64,000 nucleotides of DNA from Candidatus Nomurabacteria bacterium (GTDB taxonomy: Bacteria; Patescibacteriota; Minisyncoccia; Phycocordibacterales; UBA9973), in NCBI GenBank assembly GCA_023898605.1, contig CP060230.1, positions 530,444 to 594,443 on the forward strand, given 5' to 3'. The notes under the pieces were generated by a model. The model worked only from the letters and a program-made list of their open reading frames with translations. It was not told the DNA's origin and did no database searches. Position numbers and translations under genes: made by a program. Shown piece after piece: positions 17,297 through 26,366 of the stretch. Positions within the stretch are counted from its first letter, which is position 1; every line of letters starts with the position of its first letter.

Positions 17297-17400
17297 AAGA
17301 TAAAAATTGATTAAGTTTATAAAAGTCTTTATTTGTTAAATCAGCACTTCTCGCCCCGTACTAAAAATGAAGCAACGAGCGCTTTTTAGTATTGGGGGGA
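17297..17400 (+). mobile_element. GC-hairpin element copy B (degenerate; no clean flanking duplication)
   Basis: Sits in the clpP-tig intergenic region. A ~52-nt AT-rich segment is followed by CTTCTCGCCCCGTA, an inner hairpin (ctaaaaa...tttttag) and TATTGGGGGG. Confidence 0.4.
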
Positions 17401-17460
17401 CTGTTGAGATTAACATATGTTTTTACTAATTAGTTTTGTATTTTCGAATAATAACAATTT

Positions 17461-18564
17461 TTATTCCTTTCCACCAGCTTCTCCTTCTAGGATTTTTATA
17501 ACTTCTTCGTTTCTAGATGTTTCTTCTACGTAGTTTCTGACCCTTATTTTGTCAGCTCCAGGATACATACCCATAAGAGCGTCTACTTCTTTGTCTATTT
17601 TTGCATCATCTATTTTTATTTTTTCCTCTTTTGCAATTTCTGAGAAAACCATTTGTAGTTCAACTCTTTTCTTTGCGCTTTCTTTCATTTCTTCGCGGAG
17701 TGCTTCTGGTGTTTTGTTTATTTGTTTTAGATAATCTTCTGTTTTCATGCCAGAACCTTTGATTCTTGCATCTAGTTCAAACATCATGATATCTATTTCG
17801 TTTTCTATCAATATTTCTGGAAGAGATACTTTTGATTTTTCTCTTATTTCATCAAGTATTTTCATTCTCCTTTCGTTTTTTTGAGCAGCCTTCTTTTCTT
17901 CTTCTAGATTTTCTTTGATTTTTTTCTTTAGATCATCTATAGATTCGAAGTTTCCAACACTTTTTGCGAAGTCATCGTTCAATTCTGGTATATCTTCTGG
18001 TTTTATGTCATGAGAGTGTGGATGTGAGTGGTCGTGTTCGTCGTTTCCATGTTCTCTTGCGTGTGCGTTTTGTTCTGCTTTCATGTTTTGAAGTTCTTTT
18101 ATAACATTCTCAACATCTTCGTCTTTTACTTGAGAAGGTGCTTCTTCTTTTACACCACTCGCAATTTTTTTGTAATCCGGAAGAGATATTTCTGGCATAA
18201 GAAAAGTAACTATTTTGAATTCAACAGGTGAACCGCTCGCTACTTTTGTAAGAGATATTTCTGGTTGTCCGATAGGGGATAGGTTATTTTCTGTTATTGT
18301 TTCTATATATCTATCTAGTATGAGATCTTTTGCAGTTTCTTCTATTAGTTTCAGATCACCTACTTGGTTTTTGACCATATCAAGAGGCGCGTTTCCTTTT
18401 CTGAAACCTTTGATCTCTATATTTTCAGCCAGTTTTTTGAGACTTTTTTCTTTTTCTGTTTCTATAAGCTCTACTGGTATTTCTCCCAAAATCTCTATTT
18501 TGCTGTCTTTTTTCTCTCCTAGTTTTATTTTTATTTTATCCATAACACAGCACACTTTATACAA
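17461..18564 (-). CDS. tig: Trigger factor (short form)
   Basis: The N-terminal GFRKGNAP motif and gene order next to clpP fit tig. The likely start is Met8 (MDKIKIK). Only 367 aa, so the PPIase region appears reduced. Confidence 0.65.
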   Translation of the reverse strand: MYKVCCVMDKIKIKLGEKKDSKIEILGEIPVELIETEKEKSLKKLAENIEIKGFRKGNAPLDMVKNQVGDLKLIEETAKDLILDRYIETITENNLSPIGQPEISLTKVASGSPVEFKIVTFLMPEISLPDYKKIASGVKEEAPSQVKDEDVENVIKELQNMKAEQNAHAREHGNDEHDHSHPHSHDIKPEDIPELNDDFAKSVGNFESIDDLKKKIKENLEEEKKAAQKNERRMKILDEIREKSKVSLPEILIENEIDIMMFELDARIKGSGMKTEDYLKQINKTPEALREEMKESAKKRVELQMVFSEIAKEEKIKIDDAKIDKEVDALMGMYPGADKIRVRNYVEETSRNEEVIKILEGEAGGKE

Positions 18565-18624
18565 AATATAGGCTTATGTCAAAAAAAATCCGCCGATATC
18601 GGCGGATTTTTTCAAAAGATGTTT

Positions 18625-18990
18625 TTACAAGTCTGCGTCTAGATTTTCTAGATCCAAAGAATTTAGATCTTGTTCTATAGAGCTAACGTCGTCAGAAGTG
18701 TTTGTTATTTCTGGAACTTCTAGATCATCTACCATGTTTACTTCTGTAAATGTTTCTACAACATCATTTTGTGTTGGCGCTATTGTTTGATTTTTGCTTG
18801 AAAGAATAAATATTCCACCTGCAATAAGTATTATGATTATTATCACAATACCCCAAGGACTACCCTTGTGTTCTTTTGCCATAGACATACTACTCTCTGG
18901 CATAGACTCGTTTTGACTTGGCATCTCGTTTTGAGACATATTTTCTCCTTCGTTCATAGGAGTTTGATTCATCATGTTTTCACCTTCCAT
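18625..18990 (-). CDS. Hypothetical single-pass membrane protein
   Basis: TM segment WGIVIIIIILIAGGIFIL. The terminator at 18588-18612 lies downstream. Confidence 0.45.
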   Translation of the reverse strand: MEGENMMNQTPMNEGENMSQNEMPSQNESMPESSMSMAKEHKGSPWGIVIIIIILIAGGIFILSSKNQTIAPTQNDVVETFTEVNMVDDLEVPEITNTSDDVSSIEQDLNSLDLENLDADL

Positions 18991-19002
18991 ATTTTGTTTT
19001 TA

Positions 19003-19668
19003 TTAGTTTTGTTCTTGTGAATAAGGTTTTAGAGCGTCGACTACTGCTCTTAGGCTTTCGTGTACTTTCTTGAGTGATTCTTTTGTTTCTTCTGCTGCAG
19101 CCTTGATAGATGCGGGATCTTTTTCATCGTCTGAGATAAGGTCTTTTAGACCATCAACTGAAACTTTTGCATCGGCGATAGAAGTTTTTATGTCTTCTAC
19201 TAGAGTTTCTATATCAGATACATCTTCTCCAGAAGATTTTATCTTTTCTACTCTAGATTCTACTCTGGTTAGGATTCTTTCTAGGTTTGTTATGGCGTTT
19301 TGGAATCTTTCTGAAACAAGTCCTCTCATGAAGTGTCCTTCTTCTCCATCTCTTTCTAGAACACCTTCACCGTTTGGACCTCTGAATCCATGTCTTTCCA
19401 TCATGTGTTCACCATCTTCACCATCTTCTCTGTCTTCGTTAAGCGGTCTAACGAATCCGGGCACTGCTCTTGGTCTTATAAATCCAGGAACGATTGCTGG
19501 AGTTTCCTCCTCATCTTTGTCCTCGATATCTACAGAAGAATCGTCTACTACTGTTTCTGTGCTGTCGTCTATAGACTCATCTTCGTCTTCGGCTCTTGCA
19601 CTTGTTGCTACAAAACTGATTCCAAGAACCAACATAAGAATCAGGATGTATGATAATTTCTTTTTCAT
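19003..19668 (-). CDS. Secreted acidic hypothetical protein
   Basis: Signal peptide MKKKLSYILILMLVLGISFVATSARA. Confidence 0.5.
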   Translation of the reverse strand: MKKKLSYILILMLVLGISFVATSARAEDEDESIDDSTETVVDDSSVDIEDKDEEETPAIVPGFIRPRAVPGFVRPLNEDREDGEDGEHMMERHGFRGPNGEGVLERDGEEGHFMRGLVSERFQNAITNLERILTRVESRVEKIKSSGEDVSDIETLVEDIKTSIADAKVSVDGLKDLISDDEKDPASIKAAAEETKESLKKVHESLRAVVDALKPYSQEQN

Positions 19669-19695
19669 AAATTTGTTTGATTATTTGTCTTAAAA

Positions 19696-19730
19696 TACTA
19701 AGAAGGTGCATGATATGCACCTTCTTAGTA
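19696..19730 (-). terminator. Perfect 15-bp-arm hairpin, probable ppa terminator
   Basis: TACTAAGAAGGTGCATGATATGCACCTTCTTAGTA, with a TTTT run on the minus strand side. Confidence 0.45.
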
Positions 19731-19769
19731 TAACATAGTGACTATATATCAATATTTATTGTACACAGT

Positions 19770-20300
19770 CTATTTTCCAAATTTTTCCTTGTATAGATCA
19801 ACAGATCTATTTACTGCTTCTAGTGCGGCATTTTTGTCACCCCAACCAGTTACTTCTACAACTTTGTCTTGGATTTTTTTGTAAGTTGTGAAGAAGTGTT
19901 CGATTTCTTTCAATGTGTGTTTATTTACATGAGAGAGATCTGTAACCTCGTCCCACCTTGGATCTTTTGCTGGAACAGCGATTATTTTTGCATCACTGTC
20001 TCCATCGTCTAGCATATTCATGATTCCGACAGGTCTTGCTCTAACTAGTATAGATGGAGCAAGTGGATATGTTGTTAGAAGCACAACATCGAGTGCATCG
20101 CCGTCGTCCCAGTATGTTTGTGGTGCAAAACCATAATCAAAAGGGTAGTCTTGTGCAGTGTGCATTGCTCTATCTAGAGCAATAAGTCCAGTTTCTTTGT
20201 CTATTTCGTATTTGTTTTTTGATCCTTTTGGTATTTCTACAATAACGTTTATTACTTCTGGAGATTTTTCTCCGATACTAAGTTCGTGTAGTAAATTCAT
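19770..20300 (-). CDS. ppa: Inorganic pyrophosphatase (family I)
   Basis: DGDALDVVLL and the ~176-aa length. Confidence 0.9.
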   Translation of the reverse strand: MNLLHELSIGEKSPEVINVIVEIPKGSKNKYEIDKETGLIALDRAMHTAQDYPFDYGFAPQTYWDDGDALDVVLLTTYPLAPSILVRARPVGIMNMLDDGDSDAKIIAVPAKDPRWDEVTDLSHVNKHTLKEIEHFFTTYKKIQDKVVEVTGWGDKNAALEAVNRSVDLYKEKFGK

Positions 20301-20303
20301 ATA

Positions 20304-21563
20304 TTATTCTGCTTCTTCTTCTGTTACTTCTTCTGCGACCTCATTTGTTTCTTCGTTGTTTTCTACTACTTCTTCTACCACTTCCTCTGTTTCTTCGTTT
20401 TGAACTTCACTTTCTTCTTCTGTTATTTCGTCTATGTCAGCTCCTTTTATATCTATCTTCCAGCCAGTTAGTTTTGCTGCGAGACGAACGTTTTGACCAC
20501 CTTTTCCTATTGCAAGAGATAGTTGGTCACCCGTTACTTCAACAAAAGCTTGTTTTTCTTCTTCGTTTATCTCAACATCTAGAACTTTTGCAGGTGATAG
20601 AGAGTTGGCGATGTATCTACCCATGTCTTCTGACCAAGGTATGATATCTATTTTTTCGTTTCCAAGCTCACTCATAACAGTAGAAACTCTTATACCTTTT
20701 TGTCCAACACATGATCCAACTGGGTCTATGTGCTCGTCTTCTGAATAAACAGCCATTTTTGTTCTTGATCCAGCTTCTCTTGCAATTGCCTTGATCTCGA
20801 CTGTTCCAGCTGTTATTTCTGGTACTTCAATTTCGAAAAGTCTTTCGATAAATCTAGGGTGAGTTCTAGATAGTCTAAGGTTTATACCTCTTGGACCGTC
20901 TTCTACTTCATATAGATAAGCCTTTAGCCTATCTCCTCTTCTATAGTGTTCTCCGTTTGGTTGTTCTTCTGGTGGGATTATACCTGTAGCACGTCCAAGA
21001 TCTAGGATAACCATACCCCTGTCTATCTTTTGGACTATTCCACTCACGATTTCTCCCTCTCTTTCTCCAAATTCTTCGTGAACAGCGTCTTTTTCAGCTT
21101 CTCTTATCTTTTGGATAATAACTTGCTTTGCTGTTTGGGCTGCAATACGACCAAAATCTGTTTTTGTTTCTAGTGGAAATACTAGCTCATCGCCAAGACT
21201 TGCATCAGCCTTTATTATTTTTGCGTCTTCTAGCATTATATGATGTTCTTCGTTGTATCTAGGCAGTACGTCTTCTCCCTCTTCTCCTTCTACTACCTCA
21301 TCCTCTTCTCCTTCTTCTAGTATTCGTACTGTTGATTCGTCTACTACTATTTTTACTTGTTCAAATGTCATTTCGCCAGTCTCTGTGTCAAAGTTGGCTC
21401 TGACTATCTGGCCCTTTTTTCCGTATTCTTTCTTGTAAGCGGCAGCAAGTGCTTGGTTTATCGCTTCCAAGATCTTTTCTTTTGGTATTTTTCTTTCTTC
21501 TTCTAGTTGCTCTAGTGCTGAAGAAAGTACTTTTAGATCTAACATATTTAATTTTATATTCAA
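20304..21563 (-). CDS. nusA: Transcription termination/antitermination factor NusA with acidic C-terminal tail
   Basis: N-terminal domain, S1 and KH domains (GKGGQNVRLA). Confidence 0.9.
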   Translation of the reverse strand: MNIKLNMLDLKVLSSALEQLEEERKIPKEKILEAINQALAAAYKKEYGKKGQIVRANFDTETGEMTFEQVKIVVDESTVRILEEGEEDEVVEGEEGEDVLPRYNEEHHIMLEDAKIIKADASLGDELVFPLETKTDFGRIAAQTAKQVIIQKIREAEKDAVHEEFGEREGEIVSGIVQKIDRGMVILDLGRATGIIPPEEQPNGEHYRRGDRLKAYLYEVEDGPRGINLRLSRTHPRFIERLFEIEVPEITAGTVEIKAIAREAGSRTKMAVYSEDEHIDPVGSCVGQKGIRVSTVMSELGNEKIDIIPWSEDMGRYIANSLSPAKVLDVEINEEEKQAFVEVTGDQLSLAIGKGGQNVRLAAKLTGWKIDIKGADIDEITEEESEVQNEETEEVVEEVVENNEETNEVAEEVTEEEAE

Positions 21564-21688
21564 TTTTTACTAAAAATCACTCGCTTTCGGCGAGTGTTTA
21601 CGACACAACCATTATACACAAAAAATAGATTTCCACAAGATATTTTATATATAAAGTCATATTTATCATGATATAATCATGACAAGAA

Positions 21689-22057
21689 ATGGAAAATATT
21701 CCTGATTACAATCTAGAAGTAAAAGACAAAGTTTTTGGCGGAGGATCTTCTTCTAAAGAAACTGTTTCTATTCCTGAAGAAGGAGCTTCGAATCCTACAC
21801 CCACCATAACTCCAAATGTAGAAGACCACCATCCGCACATGAAGAAAAGACATGTCTTTATTATTGCACTAGCTCTGGTTTTGATAGCAGGAGTTGCTGT
21901 TTTGTATTCTAAGTTCGGTGATTTTTCCAAAAAACAAGACGGACTATCAGACGCTCAAAAACAAGCAATAATAAATGATCTAAACCAAGAAACTGGACCA
22001 GTTACTTTTACTCAAGAAGAAAAGAAGCAAATATTAGATAGTGTAAGTACTCAATAA
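21689..22057 (+). CDS. Hypothetical membrane-anchored protein
   Basis: Single TM helix VFIIALALVLIAGVAVLY. Confidence 0.4.
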   Translation: MENIPDYNLEVKDKVFGGGSSSKETVSIPEEGASNPTPTITPNVEDHHPHMKKRHVFIIALALVLIAGVAVLYSKFGDFSKKQDGLSDAQKQAIINDLNQETGPVTFTQEEKKQILDSVSTQ

Positions 22058-22058
22058 T

Positions 22059-24140
22059 ATGATAAAAAGTTTTAGCAAAATAATTCTTATATTCTCAATA
22101 CTATTTTTGTTTGGATTTAGTAAGTCTTTTGCTGGGACAGGGGACAATGTTACCGGTTGGGCGTGGTCTTCCAACATAGGTTGGATATCTTTCAACTGTG
22201 TTACAGATAGCTCTTGTGATGCCGGGACACTTTTTGATGATCCTGGAGCAGATGGGACACTCGAAGGTCCTGGCGGAGACACTATTCCAGGAACAGAAGA
22301 CACAGGAGGAACAGATGCTGGAACAGGATTTATAGAAAATTCTTGGAGGATGCTTGTTAATAAAACTATAGAGTCTTTCGATACTGCTTTTGTTTCACCT
22401 ACATATAAAATATACAAAAAACTCTCTTATCTTATAAAAGATACTCTTTCTCCAGAGACTATATACGCAGATGATCTAGATGGGATTTCTCCTCCTGGAG
22501 TTGATTATGGAGTAAACATAGATCCTCTGACAGGAAGTATGTCTGGTTATGCATGGAGTGAAAATATAGGTTGGATTTCTTTCAACGAATCTTCAGGATG
22601 CCCCGGAGAAGGTATTTGTAGTCCTAGTATGGACCTTGGAACTGGCGCACTAAAAGGTTGGGCAAAGGCAATAAACGGAAACACATCTGACGACGGTTGG
22701 GATGGGTGGATCTCTCTTTCTTGTAAGAACCACGATTTGGTTATTTGTTTTCCAAGCTACAAGGTTAAGTTTGATCTTGGAACAGGTGCAACAAGCGGTA
22801 CAGATAGATGGGCATGGGGAAGCGATGTTATAGGATGGGTATATTTTGGAGATGTTGTTGTTGATCTACCTCAGCCAACACTTTCTCTCGTTGCTACTCC
22901 AAATATTGTTTCTGCTGGCGGATCTACTTCACTTTCTTGGACATCTACAAGTACTACTTCTTGTAGCGCATCTTCTTCTGACGCACTTTGGACCGGTACA
23001 AAACCTACAAACTCTATAGCACCGGAGTCAGTTATACCTTCTGGCGATATCGTCCTTACAGATGAGTTTGGAGATATACACTATTACACAAAATATGTGA
23101 TGGATTGCGATACAACAACAGGTGAACCGATTTCTTCAGAAGAATATGTAGAAGTTATATACGAAGATGGTGTTTCAGCTGGAAGTTTGGTTCTACAAGC
23201 ATCTCCAACAATTGCTTCTGGTGACAACGGATACAAAGTAAAACTTACTTGGTATTCTCCTACAGCTACAACACTCACATCTTGTGTTGCAAACTCTTAC
23301 TCTATAGCAACTGGAACAGACGTCCCTCTAACTGGAACTGGCTGGACAGGACCACAAACATCACTAACAGCTACAAACTCTTACACCGCAAGTACTCCGG
23401 GTGAAACTATATTTGTTCCAGAAAATCCGACAAAATACTCTATAACTTGTGAAGATGTTCTTGCTAGCGAAAGCGTAACTGCAACAACCGTTGTACCTAG
23501 AGTTCTAGCGGTGCCGAGTGTAGATATATTTGCATCGAGTCCGTCTGGAACACCTGGATCATACAACGTTGATCTTTCTTGGGAACCACTAAACGTGACT
23601 TCATGTACTGCTTCTAACGAAGATGGAATATCTGGTTGGTCTGGACCAAAGTCTGCGCTACCTGGTCTCAATACTCAAAGTGACGTTAGTCTTTCTGACG
23701 GAGGGACAACTTATACCATTACTTGCTCTGGTGCTTATGGTTCTGCGAGTGATTCTGTAACAGTGTTCCCGCCTTCTGATCCTGGAGATGACGGAGATAC
23801 TTCATGTACAGATTGTTTCCCAGCTGATGGACCTGCTGTTGCGCTAACATATGCTGATTTTATTCCTGGAGTATTGGTTCCTGGATCTGTGACACTTATC
23901 TGGAAAACACAAGACGTTGTTTCTTGCGAAGCTTCTTCTACTGATACTCTCTGGACTGGGCCAAAAGCTGCAACTCCAGATGGAATATATACAGAGGTAG
24001 GGGTGCTCTATACATCACCGTTTGAAGATTACACAATTACATGTATAGGCGACGACGACTCAACAGTTTCTGACACGCTTAAGCTCAACGATTCTTCACC
24101 GAAAAACCCAATTGTAAGACCGACTTGGATAGAGTTTTAA
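22059..24140 (+). CDS. Large secreted repeat protein (G(W/Y)AWS.NIGWISFN repeats, then four ~90-aa LSW..SC.AS..W.GPK modules)
   Basis: Signal peptide. GWAWSSNIGWISFNC, GYAWSENIGWISFNE and WAWGSDVIGWVYFGD. Repeated LSWTSTS..SCSAS / LTWYSP..SCVAN / LSWEPLNVTSCTAS / LIWKTQDVVSCEAS modules. Confidence 0.65.
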   Translation: MIKSFSKIILIFSILFLFGFSKSFAGTGDNVTGWAWSSNIGWISFNCVTDSSCDAGTLFDDPGADGTLEGPGGDTIPGTEDTGGTDAGTGFIENSWRMLVNKTIESFDTAFVSPTYKIYKKLSYLIKDTLSPETIYADDLDGISPPGVDYGVNIDPLTGSMSGYAWSENIGWISFNESSGCPGEGICSPSMDLGTGALKGWAKAINGNTSDDGWDGWISLSCKNHDLVICFPSYKVKFDLGTGATSGTDRWAWGSDVIGWVYFGDVVVDLPQPTLSLVATPNIVSAGGSTSLSWTSTSTTSCSASSSDALWTGTKPTNSIAPESVIPSGDIVLTDEFGDIHYYTKYVMDCDTTTGEPISSEEYVEVIYEDGVSAGSLVLQASPTIASGDNGYKVKLTWYSPTATTLTSCVANSYSIATGTDVPLTGTGWTGPQTSLTATNSYTASTPGETIFVPENPTKYSITCEDVLASESVTATTVVPRVLAVPSVDIFASSPSGTPGSYNVDLSWEPLNVTSCTASNEDGISGWSGPKSALPGLNTQSDVSLSDGGTTYTITCSGAYGSASDSVTVFPPSDPGDDGDTSCTDCFPADGPAVALTYADFIPGVLVPGSVTLIWKTQDVVSCEASSTDTLWTGPKAATPDGIYTEVGVLYTSPFEDYTITCIGDDDSTVSDTLKLNDSSPKNPIVRPTWIEF

Positions 24141-24160
24141 TGATATAATTTCGATATAAA

Positions 24161-24883
24161 ATGAAAACAAATCTAGAAACAAAAATAAAAACACTGATAC
24201 TTTCTGCAATATTTATATCTGCTATTGGTGTTGTTGGCGCAGAAGATTTCGGTGTTTGGAACTATCCAGCCTGTGGCGGTGGAGAATGTAACACTCCAGG
24301 ACTTGTAAATGAGTCTGTTACATCACAAGGAAAAGAAGGTGATCTATATGTAGTGGCTGACGAGGATATTCCTTCTTCTTCTGGTGAAATTTATGCAGAC
24401 AGAATCGGTATATGGGGAGACTCTTTCTTGTTTGGTAGTCTAGATATAGGTGATGGAACAGAACCGTCTTCTCTTAGTGTTTTGGGAGACGTAACCCTTC
24501 ATGACAAAAGATCAGCAAACCCTCTAAATGCAGGAGTAACATATCCAGCTGACATATGTGTAGATTCAGATGGTAAAACTGTTATATGTACTGGTGATAC
24601 TGATACTGGTTTTGACCCAGAAACTTTTTCTATGCATGACTATACAACTATAGTTGAGACCGGGCTTGTAGAGGGAAACAATGTTGTTGCAACTTGTCCA
24701 GCTAGTCATCCGAATCTTATAGGTGGCGGAGGATATTGTTCATCGACAGGACTCGGAACAAGTGAGACAGTCATGAAAAGTATCCCTTATAAGAATACCG
24801 GTAGTCCAACATATAACGCATGGATGACAGACTGCGAAAACACAAATGACACTACAACTTCGTATGCAATATGTTCAATATAA
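24161..24883 (+). CDS. Secreted Cys-containing protein, paralog 1 of 3 (C..HP..IGGGGYC ... YAICSI)
   Basis: Signal/TM N-terminus and shared C-terminal motifs with the next two genes. Confidence 0.55.
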   Translation: MKTNLETKIKTLILSAIFISAIGVVGAEDFGVWNYPACGGGECNTPGLVNESVTSQGKEGDLYVVADEDIPSSSGEIYADRIGIWGDSFLFGSLDIGDGTEPSSLSVLGDVTLHDKRSANPLNAGVTYPADICVDSDGKTVICTGDTDTGFDPETFSMHDYTTIVETGLVEGNNVVATCPASHPNLIGGGGYCSSTGLGTSETVMKSIPYKNTGSPTYNAWMTDCENTNDTTTSYAICSI

Positions 24884-24885
24884 AT

Positions 24886-25596
24886 ATGAAAAATAACCTA
24901 AAGAAAAACATAAAAATAATCTCTATTGCCCTTGTTGCCGCTTTGGGTTATTCTCTATTTGCTAGTGCGTGGTCTATACCTACAGGATATCCTCCATACA
25001 GTAACAAATCTAATCCTATAAATAGTCTAAACTCTGATCAGTATAAATATGCGAACCTTTCTATTTTCGACGACACAACAACAGCTGCGATAGAGGGTTC
25101 ACTAGTTGCCGATAGATTTGAAATATTTGGTTCAGATTTTGGACCAAGCGTATTTTTCGATGCAGTAAATATAGGTCATCCAGCAATAACAACAAGTCTT
25201 GATGCGTCACTCTATATAAAAGAAAATGCTAGTATGTCTGTAACTTCACTAGACGAGGGTGTTCTAGGGGTAAACACAGACGGAGTTATGGTCACAAGAC
25301 CAAACGAGGTTGGAGATCCAGTGTTTTATAGTGCGGGTTCGACAATGACAGTAGTTTATAAAGATTTTGATACAAATAACCCGTATATGGTTTGTCCGGT
25401 AGATTATCCATATATAATCGGTGGTGGAGGATACTGTACTGGGGACGGGCTAACATCTGAAAAAATACAAAAATCAATCCCAGACTCTTTGGGCGGAAAT
25501 GTAGACGGTATAGATCATTTAGAGTACACAAACTGGGGGTTTGGATGTAAGGGTATAGGTGACAATGGTCGTATATATGCGATATGTTCAAAATAG
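24886..25596 (+). CDS. Secreted Cys-containing protein, paralog 2 of 3
   Basis: CPVDYPYIIGGGGYCTGDGL ... YAICSK. The start is taken at MKNNLKK. Confidence 0.55.
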   Translation: MKNNLKKNIKIISIALVAALGYSLFASAWSIPTGYPPYSNKSNPINSLNSDQYKYANLSIFDDTTTAAIEGSLVADRFEIFGSDFGPSVFFDAVNIGHPAITTSLDASLYIKENASMSVTSLDEGVLGVNTDGVMVTRPNEVGDPVFYSAGSTMTVVYKDFDTNNPYMVCPVDYPYIIGGGGYCTGDGLTSEKIQKSIPDSLGGNVDGIDHLEYTNWGFGCKGIGDNGRIYAICSK

Positions 25597-25598
25597 TT

Positions 25599-26327
25599 AT
25601 GAATAAAATAAACAATAAAAAAGAAATATTGAGTTTGGTAGCAGTGACTTTTGTTATTGCGATTGTTGCTGGTATAGGATCATTTGTTTCTGCATGGTCA
25701 GAACCGGGAAGTGGTTGTAACCCTCCTTCTTGTGATACTGTTTCACCGATAGACGTGAAAAATATTTCTAATAATAAATCAGGAAGAATTTTTATCCAAG
25801 ACAACACTGCAACTGGTGGAGTAGAAGAAGGTCAGGTTTCAGCTGACAGAATATATACATGGGAAGATGGATCCGTTATAAAAGGCGACACTCTTATAGG
25901 TGTGGCTGGTATAACTGGAGTTACTCCAAATTTGTTTGTAAAAAAAGATTTAGTTTTTGATCCTTATAATGAATATAATAGCCCTGGAGTATTTCCAAAA
26001 AATCTTTGTATAAATAGTACCGGAGAGATTGTCACATGTGATGCAATCCCAGAAGGTGAGGATCCGTTCTACTCATATTCTAGAGATATAACTATAGTTC
26101 ACCCCACAAGTGCACTAACCTCTGATGACAGGACAGCATATTGTCCAGCAACACACCCATATGTGATTGGTGGAGGTGGAGAGTGTTATCCAGACGGACT
26201 ATTTGATCAAAAAGGAATAAAAAGACTCGAACCTATAAAAAGTGGCGCAGCTTACTACAATGCATTCAAGATAGAATGTAGAGCCACAACATCGGAAATA
26301 GAAGTTTACGCAATCTGTTCAAAATAA
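25599..26327 (+). CDS. Secreted Cys-containing protein, paralog 3 of 3
   Basis: CPATHPYVIGGGGECYPDGL ... YAICSK. The start is taken at MNKINNKK. Confidence 0.55.
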   Translation: MNKINNKKEILSLVAVTFVIAIVAGIGSFVSAWSEPGSGCNPPSCDTVSPIDVKNISNNKSGRIFIQDNTATGGVEEGQVSADRIYTWEDGSVIKGDTLIGVAGITGVTPNLFVKKDLVFDPYNEYNSPGVFPKNLCINSTGEIVTCDAIPEGEDPFYSYSRDITIVHPTSALTSDDRTAYCPATHPYVIGGGGECYPDGLFDQKGIKRLEPIKSGAAYYNAFKIECRATTSEIEVYAICSK

Positions 26328-26332
26328 TTATA

Positions 26333-26366
26333 AAAAAAAGAGTCCCCGAGTAGTCGGGGACTTTTA
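26333..26366. terminator. Bidirectional terminator (AGTCCCCGAGTAGTCGGGGACT + T-run)
   Basis: Lies between convergent genes. Confidence 0.6.

Noticed and set aside
19070-19693. 207-aa plus-strand ORF
   Set aside because: Antisense to the minus-strand secreted acidic protein gene. Ser-rich low-complexity translation with no start context.
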